NCBI GenBank assembly: GCA_026390935.1
Contig: JAPLEZ010000152.1
Location: 1,293-65,292, forward strand
From: Bacteroidota bacterium
GTDB taxonomy: Bacteria; Bacteroidota; Bacteroidia; Flavobacteriales_C; GCA-002722245
Direction: 5' to 3'
Length of the DNA: 64,000 nt
The position numbers and the translations under genes were made by a program. Below the pieces are notes generated by a model. The model searched no databases. It was not told where the DNA came from and saw only the letters and a list, made by a program, of their open reading frames with translations. Shown piece by piece: positions 1 to 11,588 of this stretch (within the stretch, counting starts at the first letter, position 1; every line of letters begins with the position of its first letter).

Positions 1-2660
1 AATTTCCTTGGGAATTCTGCCCATCATCTCTTTGGTAACCGTTCCGTTAGCCACTACAGTTGCAGAATCTACTTTAATTCTCACTTTATTGGTAGTGATG
101 AATTCAATAGGTTTTGTTGCCCCAAAAATGTTAGGGAACTTAAGCACTTTCACGCTATCGTCGGCCGACAAAATTTTCATTATTTGGTCAATGTCTTCGC
201 CGTCTTTCCACATTTGTTTCCATTTAGCCATTAAAGGTTCAGGAGTGAATGAAGCTAAGTGACCGCTCATGTTTTCGTTGGTTGGATCAATGACTAAAAC
301 AACATTTCGATTTCTTTCACGGTAAGCATCTTCTGTCAATGAAAAAGGAACAGGATCACTGTCGTAAGCTTTTCTTTTCATTTGGTTGATGAACCAATCG
401 GTGTTGAGGAGACTCAAGTTCACCACGCGCACATCGGTACGGAAACCTTCCACTTCCTGCACATACCACAATGGGAAAGTATCGTTATCACCATTGGTGA
501 AAAGTATGGCGTTAGGGGCGCATGATTCCAAATAGCATTTTGCAATGTCGCGTGCACTTGTTCTGCCAGAACGATCATGATCATCCCAGTTTTTTGCAGC
601 CAGCATATAAGGAATACCAATAGTAGCAATCAGCGCAAGGAAGGCTTTTCCTTTTTCGTTTTCAATCATTTGTCCGAGGTAGTGACATAATATTGGAACA
701 ACAGCCATTGCAGCACCCACAAACATGAGTGAATAGCCAACGCCTTTGTATTCTTTGAGGTAGGCAACAAGGCCCAAACCAATCAATGCAGCGCCTGTAT
801 ACACCACTTCCTTCGCGCCAATTTGTTCCAGTTTTTGAATCAAACTTAATCCAGCTTGTTTTTTAAAGCTGCTCATAAAAAATATGAGCGCCTGCACTCC
901 TAAACCTATCCATATCGCAAAAGTATAGAAGGAGCCCACGTAGGCGTAATCCCTTTCTCTAGGCTGATAAGGAGGTTGATTTAAGTAAATGATGATGCCA
1001 ATTCCCGTCATGAAAAAGAGGAGCAATACCACAAATCCATCTTTTACACTTTTGGTGAAATGGAAGATGAGTCCGATGAGTCCTAGGATTAACGGCAGGA
1101 AGTAATAGTAATTTCTTCCTTTGTTTTCTTTGAGAATCGCAGGTTGTACTTTTTCATCACCGATGCGTTCTTTGTCGATCATTTCAAAACCACTGATCCA
1201 GTTTCCGTACATCACTTCCTGCAAATCGCTGGCTTGTAAATCATTTTGTCGACCTGCGAAATTCCACATGAAATATCTCCAATACATGAAGTTGAACTGG
1301 TATCTAGCAAAAAATTCCATGTCGTCAAAGTGAGTAGGGATGTAAATAACACCACCTTCTCCTTCACCCAGCGTTACTTTTTTTCCACGTTTTCCGCCTT
1401 TAAAACCTAACCAGTTTTCATAGGCATTGCGATGCCTGTCTTCACTGCTGTACATCCTTGGCAACACTTTCATTGTTTTAGGATTGTAGTTGTAGGTTTT
1501 GTCTTTACCATCATCACTTACCAGATATTTGGTAGTGGTTTTGTCGTCTCTTTTGTAGTAGGTAGGATCTTCATCAAGGTAACGTTGCTCACGATCTGCT
1601 ACAGAGTTAAATGTTTGTCCGTAAAGCAAAGGACGATCACCGTACTGTTCACGATTGAGGTATGGAAGTAAACTGAAAGCATTTTCAGGATTGTTTTCAT
1701 CCATTGGCGTGTTGGCGTTAGAACGAATTACAATCACTAAAAAAGTAGAATAACCAATGAGGATTACTGCAAAACTCATCACCAAAGTGTGCATCAAATA
1801 ATATTTTTTCTTGCGTGCATAAAGCACTCCTGCTACAATTGCTCCAATGATTAAAAGCGCAAAGAATATAACTCCAGAGTTGTATGGAAGTCCGAATGAG
1901 TTGACGAATTTCAATTCGAAGAAAGTTCCTATTTTAACCAAACTCTGAATCACGCCGTACTGCACCAATCCTAAAATCAACACACCAATCGCACCTGCTT
2001 TCACAAAGCCCATAGGAGTGATGACTTTGTTTTTTCTGAAATAGTAAACATAAACCAATGCCGGAATGGTCAATAAGTTCAATAAATGGACACCTATGGA
2101 AAGACCCATCAGGTATGCGATAAGGACCAAATATCGATCAGCATATTTTTCATCAGCAATGGCATCCCATTTTAAAATAAGCCAGAAGACGATGGCGGTA
2201 AAAAACATGGACGATGCGTAAACTTCACCTTCCACAGCTGAGAACCAAATGGTATCGGTAAAAGTATAGGCAACAGCGCCAATAAAGCCGCTGGCAATGA
2301 TTCCAATCATTTTAGCTGAAGTCAGTTCCCCACTTTGCAAAGCCACTTTTTTAGCCAATGCAGTGATGGTCCAGAAGAGAAAAAGAATAGCAAAAGCAGT
2401 ACACAAGGCAGAAAAAATATTGACCCAGTAAGCCACCATCATCACATCATCACCGGCCAACAGGGCAAAAGCACGGGCAACCATCATCCAAAGTGGCGCT
2501 CCCGGAGGGTGACCCACTTCTAGTTTAAAGGCACTGGCGATAAACTCACCACAGTCCCAAAAACTTGCAGTATCCTCCACTGTTGAACAGTAGGTAAATG
2601 CTGCGATTGCGAAGACCAGCCATCCGAACAGGTTATTGTATTTTTTATAAATATTTTCCA
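1..2660 (-). CDS. DUF2723-family membrane protein (protein O-mannosyltransferase-like glycosyltransferase), 5'-complete, 3' end beyond window start
   Basis: Continuous minus-strand reading frame from ATG at 2658-2660 to the window edge (not in ORF track because no stop in window); N-terminus MENIYKKYNNLFGWLVFAIAAFTYCSTVEDTASFWDCGEFIASAFKLEVGHPPGAPLW matches the DUF2723 signature; many TM segments. Confidence 0.8.
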
Positions 2661-2854
2661 TTGTTTTCTGTGCTAAAAAATTTTACTTTTTTTCTCATCG
2701 CGAATTTAGCAAAATAATAGGCTTATAAAAATTTGAAAACAGAGTAAACGTTAAATTAGCAAAGAGTTGGATTCTAATCTTTTCAGAGAAAATTAGATTA
2801 AAATTTGCGGATGTAGACAAAAACCCTAAATTTGCCCTTCGTTTTTTGAGTTAT

Positions 2855-2925
2855 AGACCCATGGTGTAATGGTAGCACTGCACATTTTGGTTGTGTATGT
2901 CTAGGTTCGAGTCCTGGTGGGTTTA
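2855..2925 (+). tRNA. tRNA-Gln (anticodon UUG)
   Basis: Cloverleaf folded by hand: acceptor agaccca/tgggttt (one G-U), D-arm gtgt-aatggta-gcac, anticodon stem gcaca/tgtgt with loop ttttggt (anticodon TTG), T-arm ctagg-ttcgagt-cctgg; closely resembles Bacteroidetes tRNA-Gln. Confidence 0.85.
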
Positions 2926-2932
2926 CAAAATA

Positions 2933-2968
2933 GGCGGTACAGAAATGTACCGCCTTTTTGTTTTTTTA
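2933..2968 (+). terminator. Rho-independent terminator after tRNA-Gln
   Basis: ggcggtaca-gaaa-tgtaccgcc perfect 9-bp hairpin followed by T5GT8. Confidence 0.8.
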
Positions 2969-2983
2969 CCATTGAACAAGGCT

Positions 2984-4543
2984 TTACACGCCCTTCAGAT
3001 ACGCTTCCATATTTTCTTTCTTCAATAAACTTCCTTCTTCAATGTATGGAAATATGTCGCTGTATTTCATTGCTTTGGTTTGACTGATCCGTCGATTGAT
3101 GTGTTCTCTACGGATGTTTTCTGGATCTTGAATACCAGCTGCTGCCGTCAACTCAACAAAACTTTTTAGTGTTGCTTCATGGAAATTCGCTACACGTTCG
3201 GATTTATCAGGAACGTCTAATCCCTTTATGAGTTTTTTGTCTTGAGTGGCAACTCCCACCGGACAGGTATTGGTGTTACATTGCAAAGCTTGTATGCAAC
3301 CCAAGGCCATCATCATGCCTCTCGCGCTATTTACTAAATCGGCTCCCAAAGCCAAAGCTCTCACAATATCAAAACCGGTAATTACTTTTCCGGAAGCGAT
3401 GATCTTTATGTCTTTTTTTAAATTGAGTCCTACTAAAACATTGTACACAAAAGCGAGTCCATCTCTAAGGGGCATTCCCATGGAATTAGAAAACTCCATT
3501 GGTGCCGCTCCAGTTCCTCCTTCACCACCATCAACAGTAATGAAATCGGGTTTTATTCCGCTTTCAATCATGGCTTCGCAAATGTCGGTGAATTCTTTTT
3601 TCTTGCCTACACATAACTTAAATCAAACTGGTTTTCCACCAGATAATCCTCGTAATTTTTTGATGAATAGAAGAAATTCTTTCGGATTACTAAATGCGCT
3701 GTGATTGGGTGGAGAATGCACATCTTTAAAAGGTTCAATACCTCTGATTTTTGCAATTTCGGGAGTGTTTTTTGCAGCTGGCAATAAGCCTCCGTGCCCT
3801 GGCTTAGCACCTTGCGAAATTTTTATTTCAATCATTTTTACGTTGGGAAGTGTTGCTCTTTTCTGAAATTCCTCATCATTGAAATTCCCTTCTTTGTCGC
3901 GAGCACCAAAATATCCTGTACCAATTTGCCATATTACGTCACCTCCCAGTAAATGATAATCGCTCAATCCACCTTCGCCAGTGTTGTGTGCGAATTTATT
4001 TTTTTTGGCGCCGAGGTTCAATGCGCTCACTGCTGCATGACTTAAAGCTCCGTAACTCATGGCCGATACGTTTAGCAAACTCGCAAAATAGGGAGTGGTG
4101 CAATCGGGTCCGCCAATCAAAACTCGGGGTTGTTTTTGGTAATATTTGGAAGGACTGGCGTAAATGGAATGATCCATCCATTCATAGCCCGAAGAATACA
4201 CATTCATTTGTGTACCGAAAGGAGTAGAGTCGTTGGCTTTTTTTGCACGGCGGTAAACAATGCTTCTTTGCAAACGGTTGAAGGGTTTTCCTTCGGTATC
4301 GGTTTCAACGAAATACTGCATCATTTCCTGTCGGATGGCTTCGAGCAAATAGCGGAAATTTCCAATGACAGGGAAGTTTCTTTTGATGGTGTGTTTTTTT
4401 TGGATCATGTCCCGAACACCAATCAGAATTATTGGAGCAACAATTAACATTGCGTACCAAGCATCTGGCCAATAGCAACCTGCTGCAATGACTGCTGCCG
4501 TAGTGACTATTGAGCTTACAATGAAAATGGATCGTGCGTTCAT
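2984..4543 (-). pseudogene. FMN-binding glutamate synthase family protein (GltS FMN domain-like), interrupted by one in-frame TGA at 3623-3625
   Basis: ORFs 3623..4543 and 2984..3571 are in the same frame, separated only by TGA; flanking translation GGKPV*FKLCVGKKKEFTDICEAMIESGIKPDFITVDGGEGGTGAAP is the conserved glutamate-synthase FMN-domain core, where homologues have Gly at the stop position. Confidence 0.65.
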
Positions 4544-4666
4544 ATATGGAGTTTTATGCTGTTCTTACTAAACTATGATATCAATTTTAAAGTTGATACG
4601 ACGATAGTTGTTAAACGTTTAATTTAAGCGAAATAAATATGAGAATTTAACTGTTGATAAAGAAAA

Positions 4667-6295
4667 CTAGAGAGGATTTCTCTTTTTAAATCTTAAAATA
4701 ATTGCAGCCAATAGCAGTACTGCAGCACCAATAAAAGCAATGCTTCCAAGTACTTTTGGGAAACGTGTAAAGATTGTGAGTTTGTCGTTGGCGTTAATAG
4801 TTTGTGCTAATGCATCGGGCACCCAAAATTCGCTGGCAGCAATAATATCTCCGCGCTGATTGATAAAGCCTGATGTGCCAGTGTTAGCTGAACGAGCAAT
4901 GCTTCTTCGATTTTCAATTGCACGCAGGCGGGCAAAAGCAAAATGTTGCTGATAGCCTGGTGAAGTGCCCCACCAGCCGTCGTTGGTCATGATGAACAAC
5001 AGTTGAGCGCCATTTTGAACATACTCGGCAACGTAATCGCTGTAAATGGATTCGTAGCAAATAATGGGAGCAATTGCCATTGAGGAGTCGGGCGCAGTGA
5101 AAACACTGCGTCGGCGCTGAACACCAAGCGATCCTGTTGTGCCACCATAATCCAGAATTAAATTATTTAAGGGTTTAAGCAAGTTGGCAAAAGGCATTTT
5201 TTCAACGCCAATCACCAGCAACGACTTGTGATAAATTTGAAAATTAAAAGTTGTATCAATTTGCACCGCTGTGTTGTATGATTCATACCATCCTTTGTCA
5301 TCTTTTCTGAAAGAACCCGGAACATCCTGTACGTTTTCTGGAAAAACTTCGGCATAGGAGGAAATACCACTAACGATTTTAATTTTCGGATTTTGATTGA
5401 AAATGCCACTTGATAGTCTTTCGATGTTTGCCGATTCAGAAAACTGTTCTTCCCATTCGCCTCCAGGCATAGCGGTTTCGGGCAGAATAACGTATTGAGT
5501 GGAATCGGTAATTTTTGCTTTTGCTAGTCCGAGCATTTTATCAATTTGCTGCCGCTCGCTCATGCTTCCAAATTTTTCATTGTAGGGATCAATGTTCGGT
5601 TGAACAACCAGCACATTCACTGGTTTTATTTCTTCAGTATAAGAAAGGTACAGTGCAATGGAAAGCACCATTGGTGCCAGTATGTAAAAGTCGGTGCGAA
5701 TGAAAATGCGAAAAGCATCAGGGGTCACCTTCTTGTTTTCGCGCCAAATGATTACTCCTTGAAGCAACATCCAGTTAATAACTAAAACCCATAAACTTCC
5801 TCCCAAAGTACCTGTGTATTCATACCATTGAACGAGGTAAGGCATGTTGGCAAAAGCATTTCCGAGTACCAACCACGGCCACGACAATTCCCAATCCTGA
5901 AAATGCAGGTATTCCAAAGCCATCCAAAATAACACGAAACAAAATGGCCAAAGGGATTTGTTGAGCGTTTTTTTTGATAGATGAAAAACCAAAAACATGA
6001 GAGCGTAAAGCAAACTGTTGGCGAGTATTTCAAAGGCAGCACCTACAAATGCAGCATTGTATATCCACCAGCAGGAAAGCAAATTCCAGGTAAAAAATGC
6101 AAGATAGGAGAGTAAAAAAACCTTGCGTCCTGTTTTACCTTTCAATCCCTGTTCTTTTACAATTTTATGTTCCAAATAAAGCAGCGGGATAATACCTACA
6201 AAAACACTTAATGTAAAGTTGTAGGGAGGAAAACTCATGGCTAGAAGCACTCCAGAAAGAAGAGCCAAAGCCGGAAGTTTTAGTTTGTTTTTCAT
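4667..6295 (-). CDS. lnt: apolipoprotein N-acyltransferase
   Basis: Multi-TM N-terminal half plus C-terminal CN-hydrolase domain (VVQPNIDPYNEKF...), 542 aa typical of Lnt. Confidence 0.8.
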   Translation of the reverse strand: MKNKLKLPALALLSGVLLAMSFPPYNFTLSVFVGIIPLLYLEHKIVKEQGLKGKTGRKVFLLSYLAFFTWNLLSCWWIYNAAFVGAAFEILANSLLYALMFLVFHLSKKTLNKSLWPFCFVLFWMALEYLHFQDWELSWPWLVLGNAFANMPYLVQWYEYTGTLGGSLWVLVINWMLLQGVIIWRENKKVTPDAFRIFIRTDFYILAPMVLSIALYLSYTEEIKPVNVLVVQPNIDPYNEKFGSMSERQQIDKMLGLAKAKITDSTQYVILPETAMPGGEWEEQFSESANIERLSSGIFNQNPKIKIVSGISSYAEVFPENVQDVPGSFRKDDKGWYESYNTAVQIDTTFNFQIYHKSLLVIGVEKMPFANLLKPLNNLILDYGGTTGSLGVQRRRSVFTAPDSSMAIAPIICYESIYSDYVAEYVQNGAQLLFIMTNDGWWGTSPGYQQHFAFARLRAIENRRSIARSANTGTSGFINQRGDIIAASEFWVPDALAQTINANDKLTIFTRFPKVLGSIAFIGAAVLLLAAIILRFKKRNPL

Positions 6296-6338
6296 GAAGG
6301 CAAAAGTAGGTTTTTAGAATTGGTTTTCCCCTTTCGGA

Positions 6339-9300
6339 TCAACGCATGATGTAAATTTTTCCAAAACCTTTTTTGAAGTATTTATCTTCCAGGTTTGTAG
6401 TTCCCTGATTGGTACTCAGACTCACTTCACGATTGTCGATTTCTTGTCCGTTAACTTTTGCAACAACGCTATACAAATAAACACCGTTGGCCAAAACATC
6501 GCCAAATTCATCGGTTCCATTCCATTTGTACTGAGTTATATTTCTTCCAATGTTGATTGGTCCGAGTTCATCCATTGTAATTTCTTTCACCACTTTACCA
6601 GTGATGGTCATGATTTTAATTCTGAATTCGTCGGGCAGCTCTGAACCTGTTAAAGTAAAAACAAACTGAGTGCTGGTGGTGAAAGGATTAGGCCAGTTCA
6701 AAATATTGGTGATGCTTGATTTAAGTACAATTTCAAATTCAATTCGATAATCGTAGTTGCCATCGCCTTTTCCTGATTTATTGGCTGAGCGGTCAATTGC
6801 ACGAATCATCAATTCATATTTCCCTTCAATTTTATAATCGCCTTTGATTTCAATTTTGCTTTTGTTTTCAGGCAATGAACCTGGATAGAAAGTATATTTT
6901 GAACTATCTAAAGTGGTGATATTTCCGTTTGGATCTTTGATGTAAATTTGAAATAACGAAGCATTATCCAATGCTAAAAACTGGTTTTCATCTTTCAGTT
7001 GAATGCTGATTAAAGCCGTTGGTGAAACAATGTCACCGTTAATGATGTGCACGCCATCAAAAGCAACATCTAGCAAAGGGTTGGTTTTATCTGGATATAC
7101 TGAAAAGTGTGTTTCTAAAATATTATTGAAATGGTATTGTTCGGCCTGCCATGGGCGCGGACCGGTGTAGGGATTGGCTTCGTACCACATATGGTTACTT
7201 CCATTCAGTTCCAAGGTGCTCAACACAACAGTATCCACATAAAAATTACCAGCCTTGATTGGAGGTAATAGTTTGTACTGTTTGGTAGAACTGGTTAAAG
7301 AAGCATCGGAAAACCAGTAGGTGATTTGCAAAGTATCGGCATCTGTTTCCGATACGTTGGTGAGTGCCAAGGTCATTCTGTAATCATTTCCTTCCTGCAC
7401 AGAGTCGCTTGGAATGGAGAAGACAATGTTCGGACTTACCGCGATTTCAGTCACTTCATCATACACCACCTGCATTCTTTTTAGCTGTCGGGGAGTATGC
7501 ATGGAATCATCAGAAAGATAACTTTCCAGTCGCATGTAAGGATATTTTGAAGCATCAACTAAGGTATCCAAAGAGAGAACATCGTCTTTTGGAGACACAT
7601 ATGATTTGATTACTGTTTCGTTGTTGTTGGCATCTATACCAATCACTTTCAAAATCAATGTGTCTTTCAGGTTGTTGATTTCATTGCTTTGCGATTCCCA
7701 ATGTAATGAACTCCATTTCATAGCTGGTCCGATGGCTGGTGATTTAATGCTACCGTTGACCCAGTTGTTGGTCATGGAGGAGTTGAGACCAATGGTGCCG
7801 CAGCCATCCGTGAATTTTTCTTTTGTATAAGAGAGATTACCTTTTTGGGCAATTAAAATGTACGGATATGGGCAACTTCCTACTGAACCAATATAGTTGT
7901 TCAAAGAATCAACACTTGCGCCAAGTGCTTGCAAAGTTGATTTAAATGTTGCGCCATTGGCTCCATGATTGTTGAAGTTTTCTTTAAATAATGGATAACG
8001 GAAATTGTACATTAAAATGTAATCACCAGGGTTTGCATCGTTGATCAATTTGGTGATACCTGTTACTGTACTATCATCCACTCTGTCTGAACGGTACCAA
8101 TATATTTTATCACTCCAGGTAGGAACTACATACGAGTTCTTATAGTTGATTTGATTGTAATATGGTTTTTTGTTTACTTCCCATGGCTCCAATGCATATT
8201 GGTCAATCACTGCCACCATTAGTAAGTTGCCACCAATCAAACTCCAGTAGCCTTGCAATGCACCATCTATCTTGTAGGTGGTTTGTGCTGTTAGCCAACT
8301 CGACGTTGAAGCTTCTAATTGACTGACGTGCTGCAGAAAGCTAAAGGATCTGGCGTTGTCATCGTGTTCTATAAATTTAAATTCATCGTCGTCAATTTGC
8401 TGGTAATGCGCTTGTCCCCAACCACTTTTTCCTTGCACATATTGGAAGCTGCTGTATTTCCAGTTGAACTTATGAGTATAAGTTGAATCCAGACTGACCC
8501 TCCAAAAGAAAACTGTTGGCGTGGCCAAAGTGGTGTTGGTGGAGAGTGAGTTGAAAACATTAGCTAGTCCTGGGTCATCTGATGGATCCCACGACACCAC
8601 TCCTCCGGACTTTGTGATGGCTGCTTCGTAAAAGAGCGGTGAAGAAGATGAAAAATTACTGTTGGTGTCAATCTGGAAAATGTATTTTCTCTCAGGCGCC
8701 AAAGGATTAATGGTACTTGCTTTGAGCACCAGTGATTTTTTAGGTACAATGGCATATTGGTAAGGATATACTGGAATGATGTCCCCTGACCTTATGTTGA
8801 TATCAAAATCGTATTGATTGTTGGTTTCATCTAGCTCAGAAATAGCATACTCACTGTCTACTAAAATTGAAAAGTGATTGGTTCCAACGCCATTAATTAA
8901 ATCTACTGGCAATGAAAATTGCAAAGACGTTTTGTATTTCACTCCGCCTATTTTTTTATAGTAGATAGTGTCAGGGGCATTTGTGTTTGGAAATTTTCTG
9001 ATGATGCGCACTGTCAAAGAATCTCCAATTGCTTTTCCAATATTGGCGATGTCCATATTGATAGTAAAGGAACTCAGTTCAGAAGTGACTTCTGTAGGAT
9101 TTACGCTTACCATCGGCTGGTTAATTCCATTTTGACCGTATAGCGTATAATCTGGTTTTGTATGCGAATTGATAACAATGGCTGGATCACAATGCAATGT
9201 CATCATCATACAAACATCCTCAATGTATGCATCGTCACTCAAAAGGATATTATCAGGTTTTTGCACATTGCGAATCGCTCCCTGCATAATTTTTCCTATT

Positions 9301-11588
9301 CCCTTTCCATATTGTTTTTTGCTAAGGTTTCTATAAAGCTCTGTGCTGTATTGATTTAAGGGAGTGGGAATTCCAAGGGATACAGAAGCCAAAAAGCCAA
9401 TCGATCCACGGTTTGGAGCCAGCACCCATGTTTCGCTACCACTTGATGTTGTTGGCAAGTGGATGTTACCAATTAAACAGGAATTGGCAATTATTAGCGG
9501 ATACTTTCCTTGATTGGTGTAGCTTTCAGGAGCATCAATACTTTGATCAAAACCTTCTCCGTACGCGTGGCCGAAGAAAGTCATGATAGAAGCCCCGTCA
9601 TTAATGTTGGTACGAATAGAGTCAGAAACATTGACTTGCAAAGGATCTGTGGTGTTTTTTAAGTAAGTATTTACAGTTCCGCCAAAGCAAGTGTCTTCAA
9701 TAATACTTTTGTAGTAATTAAGGTAAGTAGCAAATTGGTCGCCTTGAGCTTTATCGGTACCACCGCCAAAATGCAAAACGCGTTTCATCCAGTAGGCATG
9801 CGGATTGGCCTCATATTCCTGCACTTTGCTTAAGTACTCAGTAATTTTTGCTCCGGTGGTTACCGATATACGTCCCAAAGGAATGTCAGGATCATACAAG
9901 GAAGAATCGCTGATTTGTGCCGTTAAAAAAACGTCGGATCCAGGATAACCGAAAGTGGGTATTTTGTTTAAGTTATAGTTAGTTGGATTTCTTCGTGAAC
10001 TATTGTCCTGACTAAAACTTGCTTTTTTTGAATCAGGTACTCCAGGCTGAATTGATTTTCCCATTAGGAAAAAGTATTGTGGCTTTATTCCCCAATTTTT
10101 TAAAATGTCGGAAGCAAAGCTTCGAATTGCCATTGGATGTTTTCTGATACCGTCGGAATATTGCATATACAATTCTTCTATATCAATCACCACCGCTTTG
10201 TAGCCTGTGCTATTGCGATAGGTTTTGTAAGCCTCGGCCTCTGTTTTAAATTCCTTTACGGTTAAAATGTAATAATCGTAACCACCATTTATTTGCGACA
10301 AATTTCTGTAATTGGTGAAAATATTTGAGTTGTAAATTGCCGGCTCCAGTGCTCCAACATTAATAAAATTGGCTTCGGTAGTGAGCAAACATTTTTTGTT
10401 GCTAGAAACGGTATTGGGAACTAATGCCTTGTAAAAACCTCCGCTTTTGGTGACTGGTAATTTGTAGTGATTCGTGAGATCGAAAATCCAGGCGGTGCTG
10501 CTTTGATTGTTGAAGTTCGACATCAATAAATATGCTTTATTGGAAACTCCGTTCATTATTTCCATTTCAATTGAAGTGGAATTCCCTAGGTCGAAACTGC
10601 GCGGGTACTTCATTTTCACATACCCAACAGCACTGCGATCGGCTTTAGTATCGGTGTATGTCCCGTCACTTTCCACTTTAAGAGTGGACGTAGTCGACCA
10701 TTCCGCTGGAGCTAAGGAATATTTGAATTTTAAAGAGGCGTGACCTTCATAAATAGTGTCGCTTTTCAATGCATTGTTAAAGGAAACCAATAGTTTATGA
10801 TCACCCCAATTGGATTGGTCGTTGGTTAAGCCAACCACAGTAGCTTCCACAATGCCATTGCCCCCTGGAGCATAATAAGATGGGGTGGAAAAGGAGTAAG
10901 ATTGGCTCTGACTGTAATACATTGTTGGTCCAACCCAACCTTCGCCTGCTGAGTAAGAAGGAAGATAAGTGTCGATAGCTGTTGTACTTCCTCCACTATA
11001 TTGATTGCTTAAAGACTGAACCTGCTCGAAATTAAAATATGGAGATGCAGTATATCCTGTATAATTGTTGTCAGTATCTTCAATAATTCTTCTGTTGCTT
11101 TTCGAGCTATTGTATGTGACGAAATAGTATGAAGTATCGTTCACCATACTATAGTAAGGATTAGGATTGTTTAGAGTATCCTTGAACATTCTATTGTCAA
11201 AATAACCATCATTTTTTTGTCCGTAAACAAGAATATAATCTGCAGGATCAAAAATTTCATCGTCTTCACCGTTGATAAAAATGTATTGTTCTTGACCTCT
11301 TCCAAACACTTGAAAATTGAGAGGATTTATCGCATTCACGTTGATGCCTGCATTAAATAATGTTTGGTAGGATATTTTGTAAATGCCATTAGCAGTTACG
11401 GGAAACTTATAATATTTTTGAGAATAGTTGATCCATTGATTGGTGCCGGATTGTGCTGCAATGTTGCCTAATCCAAATAAGATAAAGACAATATATAAAA
11501 TGTGTTTTTTCATTTTCAAATTAACGTCGCATGAATCCTCTGTTGATATCAATTCTGAGGGAAAATACATTGGAATAAACAGCTGCAC
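6339..11588 (-). CDS. porU: type IX secretion system sortase PorU (gingipain-like C25 peptidase family), very large (about 1,725-1,749 aa)
   Basis: Signal peptide from internal Met (MKKHILYIVFILFGLGNIAAQ, true start about 11513); C25-like core (FGHAYGEGF ... IIANSCLIGN); C-terminal T9SS CTD (ILNWPNPFTTSTQFVFTL...RIKIMTITGKVVKEI); immediately upstream of porV as in other Bacteroidetes. Confidence 0.75.
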   Translation of the reverse strand: MQLFIPMYFPSELISTEDSCDVNLKMKKHILYIVFILFGLGNIAAQSGTNQWINYSQKYYKFPVTANGIYKISYQTLFNAGINVNAINPLNFQVFGRGQEQYIFINGEDDEIFDPADYILVYGQKNDGYFDNRMFKDTLNNPNPYYSMVNDTSYYFVTYNSSKSNRRIIEDTDNNYTGYTASPYFNFEQVQSLSNQYSGGSTTAIDTYLPSYSAGEGWVGPTMYYSQSQSYSFSTPSYYAPGGNGIVEATVVGLTNDQSNWGDHKLLVSFNNALKSDTIYEGHASLKFKYSLAPAEWSTTSTLKVESDGTYTDTKADRSAVGYVKMKYPRSFDLGNSTSIEMEIMNGVSNKAYLLMSNFNNQSSTAWIFDLTNHYKLPVTKSGGFYKALVPNTVSSNKKCLLTTEANFINVGALEPAIYNSNIFTNYRNLSQINGGYDYYILTVKEFKTEAEAYKTYRNSTGYKAVVIDIEELYMQYSDGIRKHPMAIRSFASDILKNWGIKPQYFFLMGKSIQPGVPDSKKASFSQDNSSRRNPTNYNLNKIPTFGYPGSDVFLTAQISDSSLYDPDIPLGRISVTTGAKITEYLSKVQEYEANPHAYWMKRVLHFGGGTDKAQGDQFATYLNYYKSIIEDTCFGGTVNTYLKNTTDPLQVNVSDSIRTNINDGASIMTFFGHAYGEGFDQSIDAPESYTNQGKYPLIIANSCLIGNIHLPTTSSGSETWVLAPNRGSIGFLASVSLGIPTPLNQYSTELYRNLSKKQYGKGIGKIMQGAIRNVQKPDNILLSDDAYIEDVCMMMTLHCDPAIVINSHTKPDYTLYGQNGINQPMVSVNPTEVTSELSSFTINMDIANIGKAIGDSLTVRIIRKFPNTNAPDTIYYKKIGGVKYKTSLQFSLPVDLINGVGTNHFSILVDSEYAISELDETNNQYDFDINIRSGDIIPVYPYQYAIVPKKSLVLKASTINPLAPERKYIFQIDTNSNFSSSSPLFYEAAITKSGGVVSWDPSDDPGLANVFNSLSTNTTLATPTVFFWRVSLDSTYTHKFNWKYSSFQYVQGKSGWGQAHYQQIDDDEFKFIEHDDNARSFSFLQHVSQLEASTSSWLTAQTTYKIDGALQGYWSLIGGNLLMVAVIDQYALEPWEVNKKPYYNQINYKNSYVVPTWSDKIYWYRSDRVDDSTVTGITKLINDANPGDYILMYNFRYPLFKENFNNHGANGATFKSTLQALGASVDSLNNYIGSVGSCPYPYILIAQKGNLSYTKEKFTDGCGTIGLNSSMTNNWVNGSIKSPAIGPAMKWSSLHWESQSNEINNLKDTLILKVIGIDANNNETVIKSYVSPKDDVLSLDTLVDASKYPYMRLESYLSDDSMHTPRQLKRMQVVYDEVTEIAVSPNIVFSIPSDSVQEGNDYRMTLALTNVSETDADTLQITYWFSDASLTSSTKQYKLLPPIKAGNFYVDTVVLSTLELNGSNHMWYEANPYTGPRPWQAEQYHFNNILETHFSVYPDKTNPLLDVAFDGVHIINGDIVSPTALISIQLKDENQFLALDNASLFQIYIKDPNGNITTLDSSKYTFYPGSLPENKSKIEIKGDYKIEGKYELMIRAIDRSANKSGKGDGNYDYRIEFEIVLKSSITNILNWPNPFTTSTQFVFTLTGSELPDEFRIKIMTITGKVVKEITMDELGPINIGRNITQYKWNGTDEFGDVLANGVYLYSVVAKVNGQEIDNREVSLSTNQGTTNLEDKYFKKGFGKIYIMR

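Noticed and set aside
3623-3625. TGA read as glycine (genetic code 25-like) or selenocysteine
   Set aside because: Other genes in the window terminate with TGA (for example proS at 28888-28890), no SECIS-like hairpin follows the codon, and the taxon uses the standard code; nonsense mutation or sequencing error is more parsimonious.
3246-3704. 152-aa plus-strand ORF (and several similar ones such as 19738..20190, 33469..34000, 45799..46242, 59743..60075) lying antisense inside long well-supported genes
   Set aside because: Completely overlapped by high-confidence genes on the opposite strand, low-complexity or atypical composition, no start context; shadow ORFs.
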